Shown here in pieces: positions 22,401 to 35,451 of a DNA stretch of 59,240 nucleotides (position 1 is the stretch's first letter; each line of letters starts with the position of its first letter). The stretch spans positions 1-59,240 of the forward strand of contig JAUCBJ010000779.1 of the NCBI GenBank assembly GCA_032718475.1. The letters are read 5' to 3'. Source of the DNA: Nemertoderma westbladi. Its lineage: Eukaryota > Animalia > Xenacoelomorpha. The notes under the pieces were generated by a model, which saw only the letters and a list, made by a program, of their open reading frames with translations, searched no databases and was not told where the DNA came from. A program made the position numbers and the translations under genes.

Positions 22401-25400
22401 CAATTTACCTTTCTTTGGATCTAGAGCCATGTGAAGTGGCAGGTCCTGTCCATGTTCGGTTTGTCGACCGGTAACTCCACGGCCCATCCTTTCTCGACAT
22501 ACTTCCTTATTGTTTTGTGAATATACTCATTCTTCTCGGGGCTCCGTTTTAGCATTTGCTTCAATTTACGAAGCCTCGTGAGTACCATTCCCTTGTTATC
22601 TGGTAGCGGTAATTTTGGTTGTTTCCACACCATCCCTATTGTGTACCGCCCATCGTCGCATCTCATCGACTCCTTTACGCTCTGTATCGCCTGTTTGTCC
22701 TCTACCGAGGTTTCGACCCCAGTTTCTTTTAGTCCCTCAAAATCCTGTCTGAGTAGTCTCCTGAGCTGCTCCTCCGCTCCTTCATCTTCCATCTCCCTCA
22801 TAGTCCCTGCGAACATGCACCCTGATGTCTCCGACATCCCAAACGGAATCTTGGTTCTAATTGGGCCGCTTAGCGTCCACCTGAATGGTGTTAAAATTGC
22901 CATCGGGTCACACTGTCTGTCTTCGCTGAAGACCGTCTGCATTCTCTCGTGGGCCATCGGGCAATCCATTCCCACTATAATGGATACCTTCCTAACGTCC
23001 ACCTCTGGTATTGAGAAATCGATACTGTCCAGGAATCTATATTGTTCGACCTCGATGTTGGTTGGTCACCTGGCGTTGATATTTATTGATTCTATCACCT
23101 GGATGGGGTCGATCATCGCCCCATAATCGCATCCCGGTGCTATCGCTGCTATCCCGCACCGTCCGGTCCTCATCTCCAGGATCTCATCTTTGCTGGAGAT
23201 GGTTGTTACCGCCATCCTACTTGGCCTCGTCTTTAGTCATATCTCTTTGGCCACTCAATTCTCGACCAATGTGAAGGCCGCTCCACTGTCGACCAGCATC
23301 AGTGTGGTTATTGATCGACTGCCTTCTCCGATCACCCTCACTGGTACTACCCCGAGTAGTACTGTTCCTCTCTTCTTCGCCCCTACGGTGCTTGTCGCCA
23401 TTGTCTGCCCTTTGCCTTGACCGAACTTAATTGGTGCGCACCCTTCTTCTCCCGGGTGGAGAAAGCGATCTTTCTCCACTTATTGTGCAGCCAGATCGGC
23501 AGTGCCTGCGCTATCGTGGTGATGTTATTAGATGCGTTGAGTTCGTATGGCGCGTCTAGCATCTTCAACACGATTAGCGCCTTCTCGACTTTGTTCGCAA
23601 ACGTCTTTATGCTAACGGGGTTATCCTGTAGGCCACCCGATGTTATACCCCTCAGAGTCTGCCGGATTATCTTGGCTGGGTGCCCGTACTCCCTGTCTAG
23701 GGCACGCCACGCAGTCATGAAGCCACCCATGATGCCCTGGTACTGACTCATGATGTCGTATGCTGGGCCTCCTGTATATACTTGTAGGTATTTTAGGCAC
23801 TCCGCCTGCATCAGGTTCTTGGTCAATATCTCGTAGCTATACATGCGCCTAAATTGCAGGTATTCTTCCGGCCTACTTCCGTCGAATTTAAATGTCTCTA
23901 TGGGTGGTAGCTCGATTCTGGTCTTAAGTGCATCGATTAATGTAGCCATTCCCATCGCCTGTGCTTCCAATGGGTTCGAAGGATGCTGTACAGATTCTCC
24001 CGTTGGGTGTGGTCCGCCCGTCCTGTCTGTTGCCCTCCGTTGCGTCGGATATATCATTGGGGGTAATGGCCCCCTCCATATCTCCATGTCGCAAGATCTG
24101 TTCTCGTCCAGGGGCTTCGATGTTCTTATTCCTGTTTGAGTATATTGTTGATATTGTGATGGGGGTATGTCACCCTGCCCCCCCCCCCCCCCACCGGTGG
24201 TATGTTTGGTACTGGGGTTGATGTTAATATATTGGGGCCCATACACCTATCCGCAATAACTCTCCCCTCCCCTGGATATATGTTATGTCCTTGCATGCTA
24301 TAGTCATACTGCTGTGCTGGTACCGGTATAGGCCTATCCACTTCTGGCCTACCTACCAGTATGTACTCCGCGACTTCCGGGTTTAATCCCGTCGTCCGCG
24401 CTACCCTATCGCCTACATTATCTCTCCCAGCATGGCCTGTAGTATGTGCAGTAAGGCCTACAGTATGTCCTGCAGTCTGTATGTGTCCCTCCGGACCGAA
24501 GTTTAACCTTCTCGAATAATCCAAGAAGTCCTCCCACGATCTGGCCTTACCCTCGATCGGCAGCTACATCCCGTCGGAAGTTTCTCTTCGATTCCCTCTC
24601 CTATTCTCGTCCTCGTACCAGTATTCCCTGTACCCCTCTCTCGGCATATAGTACACCTCGCCAGGTTGCGTCTCTGTGCGACGACGGCAATCTCCGGGAG
24701 TTCGACGCCACCGACTCTCCAACTCCATCTCTACTACCGACGGCTCGCTATCCGTCCTTGCTCTCCTGTTTCTCGCAACGACACTTCTTCTACTCTCTTC
24801 TCTTCTTCTTTCTGCCATGTAGCGTCCCCGCTTGAGAGATCTCTCGTCGACCTCCCGGTTAAACGCTACTGTTCTTCTTCCCTCTTCTGACTGGGCTTGA
24901 CGTCTCGTCGCTCGCCCACTCGCGACACCAACTTCCCTCTCTCTAGCCCGTCGCATGCCGCCTGGGATATTCGTAATCCCCCTACTATTCTCCATCACCG
25001 GGTGCTGCAGTTCACCTAGTTCGCCCTGCACATTATCCGCCAACGCCTGTGGGACACTCTCTTCCCCCCCCCCCCCTCTCGCCGCTAATCTCTCGTTGTG
25101 GGGCTCCTTTAGCCCCCCCCACTCACCACCTATCACTTCACTATCTCTCACTTTGCCTCTACGCCCCTCTCTAGTCGACGCACTATCTCTACTGCGGCTG
25201 GCTCTATTCACCCCCGCCTCTCCCTCTATCACTGCGTGGCCTGGCAGGCTCCCGTTGGGTTGACTCACCCTCGCTAATCTCTGCGTATTAACTACATGAC
25301 CTACCAGGCTCCCCTTGGGGTCTCTCACCCCCGTTACCCCCTGCGTACTGATTATGTGGCCCCTCAGGCTCTCGTTGGCCGGGCCACCTACATCTGCCGC

Positions 25401-27315
25401 ATTTATATTAATAGCACCAGTATCAATATTATTTTCTAAATTATTTAAATTATTAGAATTATTCTGTGCTGAATTCGGGTTATTATTTAAATTATTCTGT
25501 ATATTTGAATTAGAATTGGGATTATTTTGTTCGTCTGAATGAAAATTATTATTTAGATTATTTTGCGTATTTAAATTTAAATTATTTGAATTATTTTGTA
25601 TATTCGAATCTAGATTATTATTTGAATTATTTGGATTATTATTTAGATTAGGAATGTTCGGATTTAAATTATTATTGTCGGGCAAAATATTATTTCCTGC
25701 AATGAAAGTTTGATTAGGGTTGTCTACTACGGTACTATTAATATTAACGCCTTCTAGCGTATTATTATTACCCCCCCCCCCCCCCCCCCCCCGCCCGTAC
25801 GGTTACACCAGTCTTGGGTCTGTCGTCCGGTCCCTGTAAGTGGGGTATTAACAAACGTTTCCATAACCTCTGGCTCCTCGTAAATACTACCCGAGCCAGC
25901 CTCACTCTCTGATAGCCCCAACTGCGCCAGTTCTAATCGGCGTTTTTGTTTGGCCTGATATTGCATAAGCCCCCTTAACCGGGCGTGCATATCATCCCGC
26001 ATGCGTTTTCCCGCTCTCTCTCTCTCTCTCTCTATCCTCTCGCAAACTCTGGTTCGCCAACTCTGTTTCTCTCGCCACCCGCTCTCTACGCTCGTTGTCT
26101 ACTCTCGCTTCTCGCTCTCTATGTTCGTTCATCTCTCTCGTCTCTCGCTCCTTACGCTCGTTCTCCGCTCTCGTCTCTCGCTCAAGGCGTTCCTTCTCTA
26201 CTCTTGCTTCTCGTTCCTTACGTTCCTTCTCTACTCTCGTTTCTCGCTCCTTACATTCCTCCTCTACTCTCGTTTCTCGCTCCTTACGTTCCTCCTCTAC
26301 TCTCGTTTCTCGCTCCTTGCGTTCCTCTGCCTCTCTTCCTTCTTGTTCTCTACAATTTCTCGCCACCCTCTCGGCCCTCTCTCTACACTCCCTCAACAAC
26401 TCCCTCTCTTTCTCCAACAACGCAGTTCCCTCAACCAACTGCCTCTCTAACTCTTTCTGGTCTAGCGCCACCATGTCTAATTGACATGCCAGATCTATCT
26501 CTAACACCCTTCTTGCTTTTACGGAGGATGTAGCGGACTTATCGGTCGCGACGGACTCCCGTTGCCTCTCTGTCCTACTAACTTTCCCCCGCTTTCTGGG
26601 GTTCTCGCTAACCAACGAGACCAAATCCTCAGGGTTAACCTCGGATTCGTCCTCGTGCGGGTCTGCCCAACCCACTAACTTAATTCCCCTAGCATCCACT
26701 AAATACGGCCCTAAGTACACTACTTGGGGCTCCATTATCCCGGACCGCCACAGTTCAAATAGTTCGGTGGCGACCCCCTCGCTCTCTCACTCGCTAGTTC
26801 TCCCTGCCCGAAACGAACTAGGTATCTGAAATGTTTGTTCGACTCATCTAGTCGCTGGCTCAACTTCCCCTGGTCTACCTTTGCTCCCTCTCTGGCCTCT
26901 TTGAGCTGTTTCTTTGTGGTGTTGTAGGCCCGTCGAAGCCAATTGCTGGTTCCGACGTCCTCGTCGCCGACATCTCCTCCTCCTCTCCTGGTTCGGCGTC
27001 GTACCGGCGGCCCCATGTCGTTGTTCCGGTGGGCCATCCATCGCCCTTGGCCTGTGGCTTGCTGGCGACTTCGGCACTTCGACTGCCGCCATGCGTGGAC
27101 TCGTCCTCTCGTTGTAGTAGGCGGCCGCCCTCCGCTTGGGCTGCCGGATCGTCTCTCGTCGGCGAATCCAGCATTGCGGGTTGATACCGTCGCGTCGCGG
27201 CCTCGTGAATCGTTTCGTTGGTATCGTCCGGGGTCAGCGGGAGTGTCCTCTCTCCCTCTAGATCTCGGGGCTCTGTGCTCATCTTTAACTTTCTCTCTTG
27301 GTGGCTGGCAGTCAC
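19476..27315 (-). pseudogene. Element B gag-pol (many frameshifts/stops; zinc-knuckle region apparently deleted)
   Basis: ORF pieces 26875-27315, 25992-26735 (ER-rich), 24564-25685 (N-rich), 23383-24246 (gag core), 23255-23479 (PR), 22421-23002, 21417-22487 (RT), 20808-21371 (RNase H), 19476-20687 (IN). Confidence 0.92.
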
Positions 27316-27341
27316 AGTTTACAGTGTTGGGAATTTCGTAC

Positions 27342-27729
27342 TGTGACGGGATCAGGGGATCTCGACCGGTTTATTACGTTACGCGTCACCGTGTAATTGG
27401 GAAAAAGATAGTTTGTCTTTGTCGTTCCGATATTGTTATAGGTTAATCCAGATAGTGATATAGAATATAATAGCACAGTTGATTGTAATTGAATGTTAAT
27501 AGTAATATAAATGTTATACCAGTAGTGACGGTGACGGTACGAAATGTCACCGATCTGCACTAGATGACTGAGTAAACTGAACTGACCGGTATTGGTATAC
27601 AATATAATATATGATTGTCATCCCTAGATTACTTTGGCCTCTCTATCTAGCGGATGCTTCCCTCGCCCTTATTGGCTAATAGTTTAATTATCGGCTCTCA
27701 CCTCTGTGGGAGTGCTTCCACCCCCCCCC
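27342..27729 (-). repeat. 5' LTR of B, interrupted at a C-run by element C
   Basis: Matches 13955-~14338, then switches abruptly to a different TGTGACGGGATCC LTR at 27730. Confidence 0.88.
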
Positions 27730-28271
27730 TGTGACGGGATCCAGGAAGGATCCCGGTTTATCCGGTTGTTTAGTTCATGCATCCCCGCCGTGTGTGAAAG
27801 GTAAAAGGAGTTCGTATCGTTCGTCGTATATAATAATCGGCTGTACGGGTATATAGATACAGGTATAGATATAGATAATGTTGTCGTACACGGAAGGCGG
27901 GATACGGTAATTAAAGTCCCGGTCCTTCCCTAGCTAAACTAACTAACCTAACTAGCACCAATATGATACTGAGATAACTGAACTGAAATGATTACTGCCA
28001 ACTGGCTATATTGCACGGTTGGCCTTGTTACTCTACCTAATCGATGCCTTTCCCCCCTGATTGGTTGATACCCTTGTTGGCGCCCTTTGGAGTGTTTCCG
28101 TTCACTCCACCTGTTCTCTCTTGGTTAGGGGTTTGGCCCCTGACCCTCATTGTGTTTCTCCTTCCCATTTTGTTGGGGTGACACGAGTTGGTGATTACCC
28201 AATCTCGTGGCCCCCAATATTGCTTATCGGCTTAACTTTATGGGGTGTTAGCGGGATTGAATAAGCTAACA
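27730..28271 (-). repeat. 3' LTR of element C (542 bp)
   Basis: TGTGACGGGATCC...GCTAACA followed by the C-run PPT and hairpin as in B. Confidence 0.85.
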
Positions 28272-28939
28272 CTCCCCCCCATGCTATCTTCCCGGTGAGA
28301 AGATAGCATCCACCTCAAAGTGCGCTACAATCCCGCTGGATCCCGATCTAGTATCGGGTGTGGGGTGGAATTCTTTTCTCTCGGAGCCGGCTTTCCAGGC
28401 CGCTCCCTATGGATATGATAACGCTACCCTGTATGCCTGGCGTCCCATGTCGGGCCGATCGCGCTCACCTCTCACGCGACTTTTGTTTCCCCAACACTTT
28501 CGCCCTATCTCTTCTCCACTCTCACCCTAACTCTCGCATACCCTTGGACCTCCTCGTCCCTCACTCAGCCTCTTATTCCTCCCCCTCCACACTAGAATCG
28601 CATCCGCACTCTCTCCGCGCTTCGTACTATCACTCTGTCCCTCAACCCCACTTTGACTATCTCATCCCTTCTGACGAATCTCACCCCCCTCCCATGCCGT
28701 TGCACTCAAGAAGTGTGAAATCGTCTGGTGTCTCATCCATAGTGCCATAGTCAGTTTACCCCCCAGTCCCAGTAGCTAATTGAGAAAGGTTGTATGACTA
28801 TAGTACTTACTCCGAACGTATATATTTGTAGATTACTGATTGCTACGTACGTACATACAAATTGTACTTATATGATTATTTACATTAATTAAATTTGTAC
28901 ATAGTTCGCACGTCTCACGTGGCGCCTTCCAGGCGCACT

Positions 28940-29845
28940 ACATCAAAGCCTCAGTCCATCCCTCCTTGGCGTCCGTGGTGTCCCCGAAAGTTGCACTTCG
29001 GACATCGGTTCTGCAACCGTGGACACACTCCCATCCTGTGGCTCGTCTCGTGCCAGTAGAGACAGCTGGTCCCTTTCTGGAACCGGTACAAACAGCTCCT
29101 TTCCTGGTGGGTCTGTCTCCCACAGTAGTCGCAACCGAGTACCAATGTCTCCCGCCCCACGTCGTCTTCCATCCCAAGCGATCTCCGCGGTCTGTGGAGT
29201 CGCTGATAGGCGAACTTCTGGACGTTAGCGTCCCTGTCTACGTCGATCTCCTCGCCCCTCCCGGGCATCGTCTCTCCGAATACTACCCGTGGTGCCGTCC
29301 CCGGTTGCTTGCCCAACCTGATAGTGCTCCCCGCGAAATCCATTGCCGGCTCCTCGTGCACCCAGGCCCGCTTGTCGGGTCTATCCCAGAAGGCTCTCGC
29401 CCCACTGGCCGTCACCACCCTCCCGCCAACCCAGTCCGTGTCCGAGTGGCCTATCCTCTCGATGGGCGGCACCTCTCCGAACTCGTCGTCGTCCTCGTCC
29501 TCCTCTCGCAGCGGTTCCAACCCCGGTATCCTGGTGGACCCACTATGTCCCTTCCCGCCTTGGTTCTTGCCCGTAACTCTCCATTCCTCAAGCTCCCCTA
29601 GCTTCCTTTGCGGTTGTTCGCCCTCGGCGCCCGCTGGTATGGGCATCGCTTGCAATCCCGACGTCGACTGTTTCGGTGATCCCACCGTCCACCCCAGTTC
29701 TTTCCCTAGAGACTCCCCCGAACTCCCTGACGAAGCCCAACGAAGTTCGTCTAAGGCTGCTTGTTCCTCGAAGCCGTAGCTCTGCGCCCTAGCTTCCTCC
29801 TCCCTCTCCTCTGCTTCTCTCCTCTCTCACAAGTTTGCCTGCCAT
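28940..29845 (-). pseudogene. Element C ORF2 remnant: exonuclease part deleted, three tandem CCHC knuckles retained
   Basis: ATG 29845 (MAGKLV) is joined almost directly to the homologue of B ~17460. Knuckles: CDYCGRQTHQERSC-LYRFQKGTS-CLYWHETSHRMGVC-PRLQNR-CPKCNFRGH. Confidence 0.75.
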
Positions 29846-30194
29846 CTCGAACTCTGCCCGATCGCTCACCCGTAGGTGGTGCCTTGCCAAGGCTCAAACG
29901 TGATGAGTGATTGGTTTAGGTGGTTTAAGTTCAGTTCGATGGCCTATCTCTTTCTGAATTTCTGAGTTAAATAGCCTATATTTTTTACTACTGTTACCAT
30001 AATTTGTTCCCCTTCTTAGCCCTATTCTTATTCTAATTTTATTTTTAATCCTACTGTCTTACCACTTGCTACTGCCTATGGATTATTCTATCTCCTAATC
30101 CACATTCTGGCCTACTCTGTGGGCCTGTGCAGTACAGCAGTATATTGCGCGCGGCCTACACGATCTATCCAACTGTACTCATATGCCCCCCTCT

Positions 30195-30690
30195 CGCTAC
30201 TAACTGCTAACTAATATCTATATCTTATATACCCTTCTACCTCTTACTCTCTCTCTAACTAACGGTACTACGTACCCTCTAACTCTTACTCTCTCTCTAA
30301 CTAACGGTACTACGTACCCTCTAACTCTTACTCTCTCTCTAACTAACGGTACTACGTACCCTCTAACTCTTACTCTCTCTCTAACTAATGGTACTACGTA
30401 CCCTCTAACTCTTACTCTCTCTCTAACTAACGGTACTACGTACCCTCTAACTCTCTACCTAACGGTACTACGTACCTCCTAACTAACTAACTAACTCTAG
30501 GTACTACGTAGCTCCTAACTAACTAACTAACTGACGGTACTACGTACCCTCTTACTGACTAACTAACTCTAGGTACTACGTACCTCCTAACTAACTAACT
30601 CTAGGTACTACGTACCTTCTTACTGACTAACTTCTGCCTACTAACTGCGTACCTACTATGTACTATTATTTTATTTTTTATTTTATTTTT
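30195..30690. repeat. Tandem array (~40-bp units) with repeated GGTACTACGTACC hairpin
   Basis: About ten copies between C integrase and ORF2. Confidence 0.85.
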
Positions 30691-30770
30691 TTGTGTGGGA
30701 AGGGCGTCTCGCCCTCAATCCCACCCCCCTCAGTCCAAAACTTGGACGACTAAACTCTTCTCTAACTCCA

Positions 30771-33700
30771 CTAAGGTGCCCCTTCTAACAGACAGCATTT
30801 CCTTACAGCTCTCCTGTAGGTTTTTCTGTCCTTCGCACCTATCTTACCACCTATCCGCACTTCTACCGATCGGACTCTTCCGTCCTCATCGGAGTAAGTG
30901 CCTACAACTCTCGCCAACCGCCACTGGTTGTTGATGATAGTATCATCCGTAATGATTACGAGATCTCCCTCTCTTAACTCCCTATTCGGCTTACTCCATT
31001 TGCTTCTTTTATGGAGCATGGGTAGGTATTCTTCGACCCACCTCCTCCAATACTCTGCGCTTATTGCTTTTGCGACTTTCCAACTCTGGCGGGAGTGTAT
31101 GTCGTCTGGATCCACACCCCGCATATCGATGGTTGCTGGCCTTTCCATTAGAAAATGGCTAGGCGTCAGCACGTCTAGTGACTCAGGGTCATCATTCTCT
31201 GGGTATAGCGGTCTGCTATTAATGATCCCCTCGCACTTCGCAAGCACTGTCCGTAAGACGTCCTCTGTGACCATGTGGGTGTTCATTAGCTTCGTCATTA
31301 GACGCTTTGAACTGCCCACCAGTCTCTCGACGCATCCTAGTGTATGTGGTGCATACGGCGTCCTTCTCTCCCACTTTACTTGTCGTCGTCTCATGGCCGC
31401 CCTGACTTCCCCTCCCCTTCCAAGATGTCCAAGGCCTCTGCCATCTCATTCTCTGCCCCCACAAAATTGGTGCCGTTGTCGCTGTATATCACTGCGATCG
31501 TCCCACCTTTGCGGTCTCTAAACCTTTCTAGGGCATTAATGAATGCTGATGCGGTTGCATCTTGGGCGAGTTCTATCCCTACCACCCGCGTGTTGTTACA
31601 TACGAAGATGATACTGTAGCGTTTCTCCGTGTGCCGCAACACCTTGATCTTTATTGGCCCGAACATGTCCACACCGCAATGCGTAAATGGCGGGTCGTGC
31701 TGTCTTACTCTACTCGCTGGTAGTGGCACCATCTCTTGTATGGCTCGCCCCTTCTTCGCTCGTCGGCAGATCTGGCACTGCCCCACCACCGCTTTTACCT
31801 TCTTCCTCAACTGTTTGACCCAAAAGGTCCTCCTTATCTCGGTGAGGGTTCGGTTGGTGCCCCCGTGCAATATCGACTTATGGGAGTCCCAGATAATCTG
31901 GTGAACTATTGGCGATCCTGTTGGAATGATGATGGGTTTCGGTGGTACGATTATGCTGTTGTTGTATCCCACCCTAGAATTCATTACTAGAATCCCGTCG
32001 TCATTAAGTTGTGGCGACAGCGTAATCAGCTCGCTGTCCCGTCGGAGGTGCTGTTGGTTACCGACGCGTTCCACCTCGTCACCATAGTTCTTCCATTGTT
32101 CATAGCGGATCACTGCCTTGGCCGCTCCTTCCAGATCTATGGTTGTCCTGATCTTCTTGTCCTTGCCAACTCCCGCGAGGAAATTCCCGAAGGCTCTCCA
32201 GTACGCCACTAATTTCTTGGTCTTAAACCAACTAGAACTGTAGCTGAGGAGTTTATCCGTTGGGTTATCGCATAGTTCTTGTTTTGGTTGCACGTCCCTA
32301 ATCTCCCTCACCATCTGGGAGTATATCTCTTCTCCCTCTGAATCTCCCTCTTCTCCCTCTGACACTATTTCTGAGCCCGGGTCCACCTTTCTCATCGGCG
32401 GCCAGGCCTCCTTATCGCTCAGAAATTGTGGCCCATGTTGCCACAATACTTCCTTCTTCAAGAAAGTGTGGCGTACCACGCCCCTCGACAACAAATCCGC
32501 TGGGTTCTCGTCCGTTGGGCAGTAGTGCCACCTTTCCAGTTCTGTGGTCGCCCTTATTTCGTCCACTCTGTTTGCGATGAATATTGGGTATCTCGTCCTT
32601 TCGTTATGTAGCCAACCAAGCACTACCATGGAGTCCGTCCAGTAGTGTGTCTCTACTATGTTGGGAATAGTATCCACTAGGTATGCTGTGGCTCTTACTC
32701 CTAGTCTCGCCGCTGTCAATTCTAACTTGGGAACTGATGCTGAATCTGGCGGCGTTGACTTTGCTTTGCTAAAGGCTAGTCTGGGCTTGTGAGCCCCCTC
32801 TCGTTGTACTAAATAGAGTGCCGCTCCGTACGCCTCCAACGACGCATCGGAGAACATGTGTAGGTCCAGATTCGTCATGTTCCCATCCGGGAAATACACT
32901 CGTGGCATGTTTTATGTTCCCATCTTCTCCAACTCTCCTGTCCACTTACTCCACTGTTTCTTGATTTCCTCTGGTACCTCTACGTCCCACTCATCCTTCA
33001 TTTTGTATACTCTCTTGAGTATCTGTTTTCCCGTGACTAATAATGGGGATGCTAGGCTTAGGGGATCGTATATCCTTGCTATATACGATACATAGCCCCT
33101 CTTCGTGTGGATGTCTGCGCCCTCCTGGCTCAGCTGATACTTCAGTTCGTCTGTCTCCCTGTTCCACACGATTCCCAATGCCTTCTGTTGAGATTCTGTT
33201 CTCTTGTTCGCCATGTCCTGCCCTTTGGCTGTTGTGGGATTATCCATGGTCGATTCCGGTCTCTTGTCCTCTATCGCCTTGATAAATTCTTCCGAACTGG
33301 ATTGGAATTTGGTCAGGTTAAAGCCGGATCCTTTTAGGATGTCGCGAACCTCGCGCCCTGTGTCCAGTATCTCCTTAACCGGATTTCCAGACTCCATTCC
33401 GTCGTCTACGTAGAAGCCGCGTCGAATCATATCGACGCCCCTAGTGCTGTATCTATCTTCCTTCCCCTTCACTGTATCTCTCACTGCCATAGTCGTCGTA
33501 AATGAAGACGACTTGGCCCCCATGTTTTGTACTACCATCTTATATGCCGGTATTATCGACGGTTCTTCCTCGCCGTTATACCATAAGAAGCGTTGACGGT
33601 CGCTATCTTCCTCCGTTACACGGACTTGGTTGAACATGCCCTCTATGTCACACGTGAAGGCGCGTTTCCCATTCCTAAATCTAAGTAGGACCTCTATGCC

Positions 33701-33884
33701 CGAGTTATATATGTTTGGGCCTTCTAACAGATAGTCGTTTAAGCATTTTCCGTTGGTCTTTGCCGATGCGTCAACTACCATCCGCAGCTTACCTTTCTTT
33801 GGGTCTAAAGCCACGTGGAGTGGCAGGTAATATGTCCTGTCCGTGTTCGGTTCGTCAACCGGTAACTCCACGGCCCATCCTTTC
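30771..33884 (-). pseudogene. Element C pol (RT-RNase H-integrase), frameshifted
   Basis: ORFs 32912-33884 (YYLPLH, FYVDD), 31391-32908 (FSDAS, YWTDS, GVDMFGP), 30771-31394 (CCLLE). Confidence 0.93.
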
Positions 33885-35451
33885 AGGAAAATCCCTTGCG
33901 GTATCAGGTCTGCCTTCCCTTTAAAAGCAGCCGTCGCCCTACCTGTAATCGTTCCTTTGTAGAACGTTATCAGCCTCATGTAATATCTAAACTAACACCT
34001 AGCTTATCTACCATCTATTCCGAAAAAATACAGAAGCTCATCATTGATGGTATTGCTGAGAAGGCATCTACCCCTCCAGATGTTGGCTTCTACCTGCCCC
34101 ACCATGGTGTATCCACGCCTAAGTTTCGTGTAGTCTTTAATGGATCTAGCACTGACTGCAAAGGCGTCAGTCTCAACTCTTGCTTAGATCCTGGCCCCAA
34201 CCTTTTGGCCCCATTGACTGATATACTACTTCGCTTTCGTCTTCGCCCATTTTTTGTAGTGGCTGATGTAGTCGCAGCCTTCCACCAGGTCGAACTTCAC
34301 CCCTCAGATAGACTTTGGGTTAAGTTTCTTTGGAAAGGTGGATATTACCAGTTCAAACGTGTCCCTTTCGGATTGGCATCTAGTTCCTATCACCTTCATT
34401 CTACCGTTCTATCCCATATCTACCAGAATGCTGATCCCACCTTTGCCCGCCAGTTGGTTGAATCACTCCTTTGTGATGATGTTGTCTGGAGTGGAGATTC
34501 CCAATACGAAGCAGACAAGTTCCTTCATGATTCTGTTTGTCTGTTTAGCAATGCTGCGATGGAGCTTAAGGTCATTGATTCCCCTTGCAAGGTTCTTGGC
34601 CTATCATTAGATCCGACACTTGACATAATCTATGTTAATACTAGTGTTATCAAACCACCCACCATCTTCAACCGCCGGGAACTGCTCCGTTCTCTAGCCA
34701 AAGTCTTTGACCCTCTTGGTTTATTGTGTCCTTGGACTATTCGCCCCCGTCTTCTACTTCAACGTTCCTGGAAAGTGGGTGGAGGTTGGAATACTCCTTT
34801 ACCTATTGATTTACAATCTGAGTGGTTGTCCTGGTCTAAAGAAGCTGACCAGATAGTTACTTTTCCAAGGTGTGTTCATATCACCCCATCCTCTCACCTT
34901 CACATATTTTGTGATAGCTCATCTCATGCCTATGGTTTCTTGGCATATGTTGTCCAGCCTAGACTTCAGTCTTTCTTGTATTACGGCAAATCTCGTGCAG
35001 CACCTTTGAAGCCAACCCACTCAACCCCTCGTTTAGAACTACTGGCTGCCCTTATTGGTGCTCGATTCCTCCACCATGTGCAATCAGCTATCGTTCAACC
35101 AGACCATGTGCATCTTTGGACTGATCCTTGTGTGTCCTCTATTGGATCCGTAAAGGCGTTGCGAAACGGGATGTCTTTGTATCCAACCGCCTCCAAGAGA
35201 TTGCGACTCTTTCTTTACCAACCCAATGGCGATATGTGCCTACCACCTTGAATCCTGCTGATTTACCTTCCCGTGGCACCCATCTTTCTACACTGTGCAA
35301 CAGTGATTTGTACCGCCATGGTCCTGCCTACATCACTGAACCTGAAAGCCATTGGCCTCAAGTTCCCACACCACCGCCTCAACTTCTTACAGTAGAAGTT
35401 CCTGATCCATTATTGGATTGCCCTATTGATATTTCACGTTTCAACGTCTGA
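33883..35451 (+). pseudogene. BEL/Pao element D pol fragment (RT, RNase H), inverted relative to its gag
   Basis: FYLPHHGV, RVVFNGS, GPNLL, ADVVAAF, RVPFGLASS, LCDD, FDPLG, HIFCDSS, PRLELLAA, WTD, NPADLPSRG. Confidence 0.9.

Larger units (their letters stand above)
13955..27729 (-). mobile_element. BEL/Pao LTR retrotransposon B (LTR-gag-pol-ORF2-PPT-LTR), decayed
   Basis: Gag (FKFDGS..EYLQF), protease (LVDSGA), RT (FYVDD), RNase H (HMFSDAS; PKLELTAA; YWTDS) and integrase (GVDMFGP, SDNGTNF, CCLLE) in BEL order between LTRs. Confidence 0.95.
27730..33884 (-). mobile_element. BEL/Pao element C (sister subfamily of B), 3' half only
   Basis: 3' LTR 27730-28271, PPT 28272-28280, ORF2 remnant, then IN/RH/RT highly similar to B. 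Truncated at 33884 inside RT. Confidence 0.92.

Noticed and set aside
32912-33979. 355-aa ORF with novel N-terminus; likewise the C-terminus of 36847..39084 and ORFs 10924..11205 and 9533..9862
   Set aside because: Chimeric read-through across rearrangement or insertion junctions.
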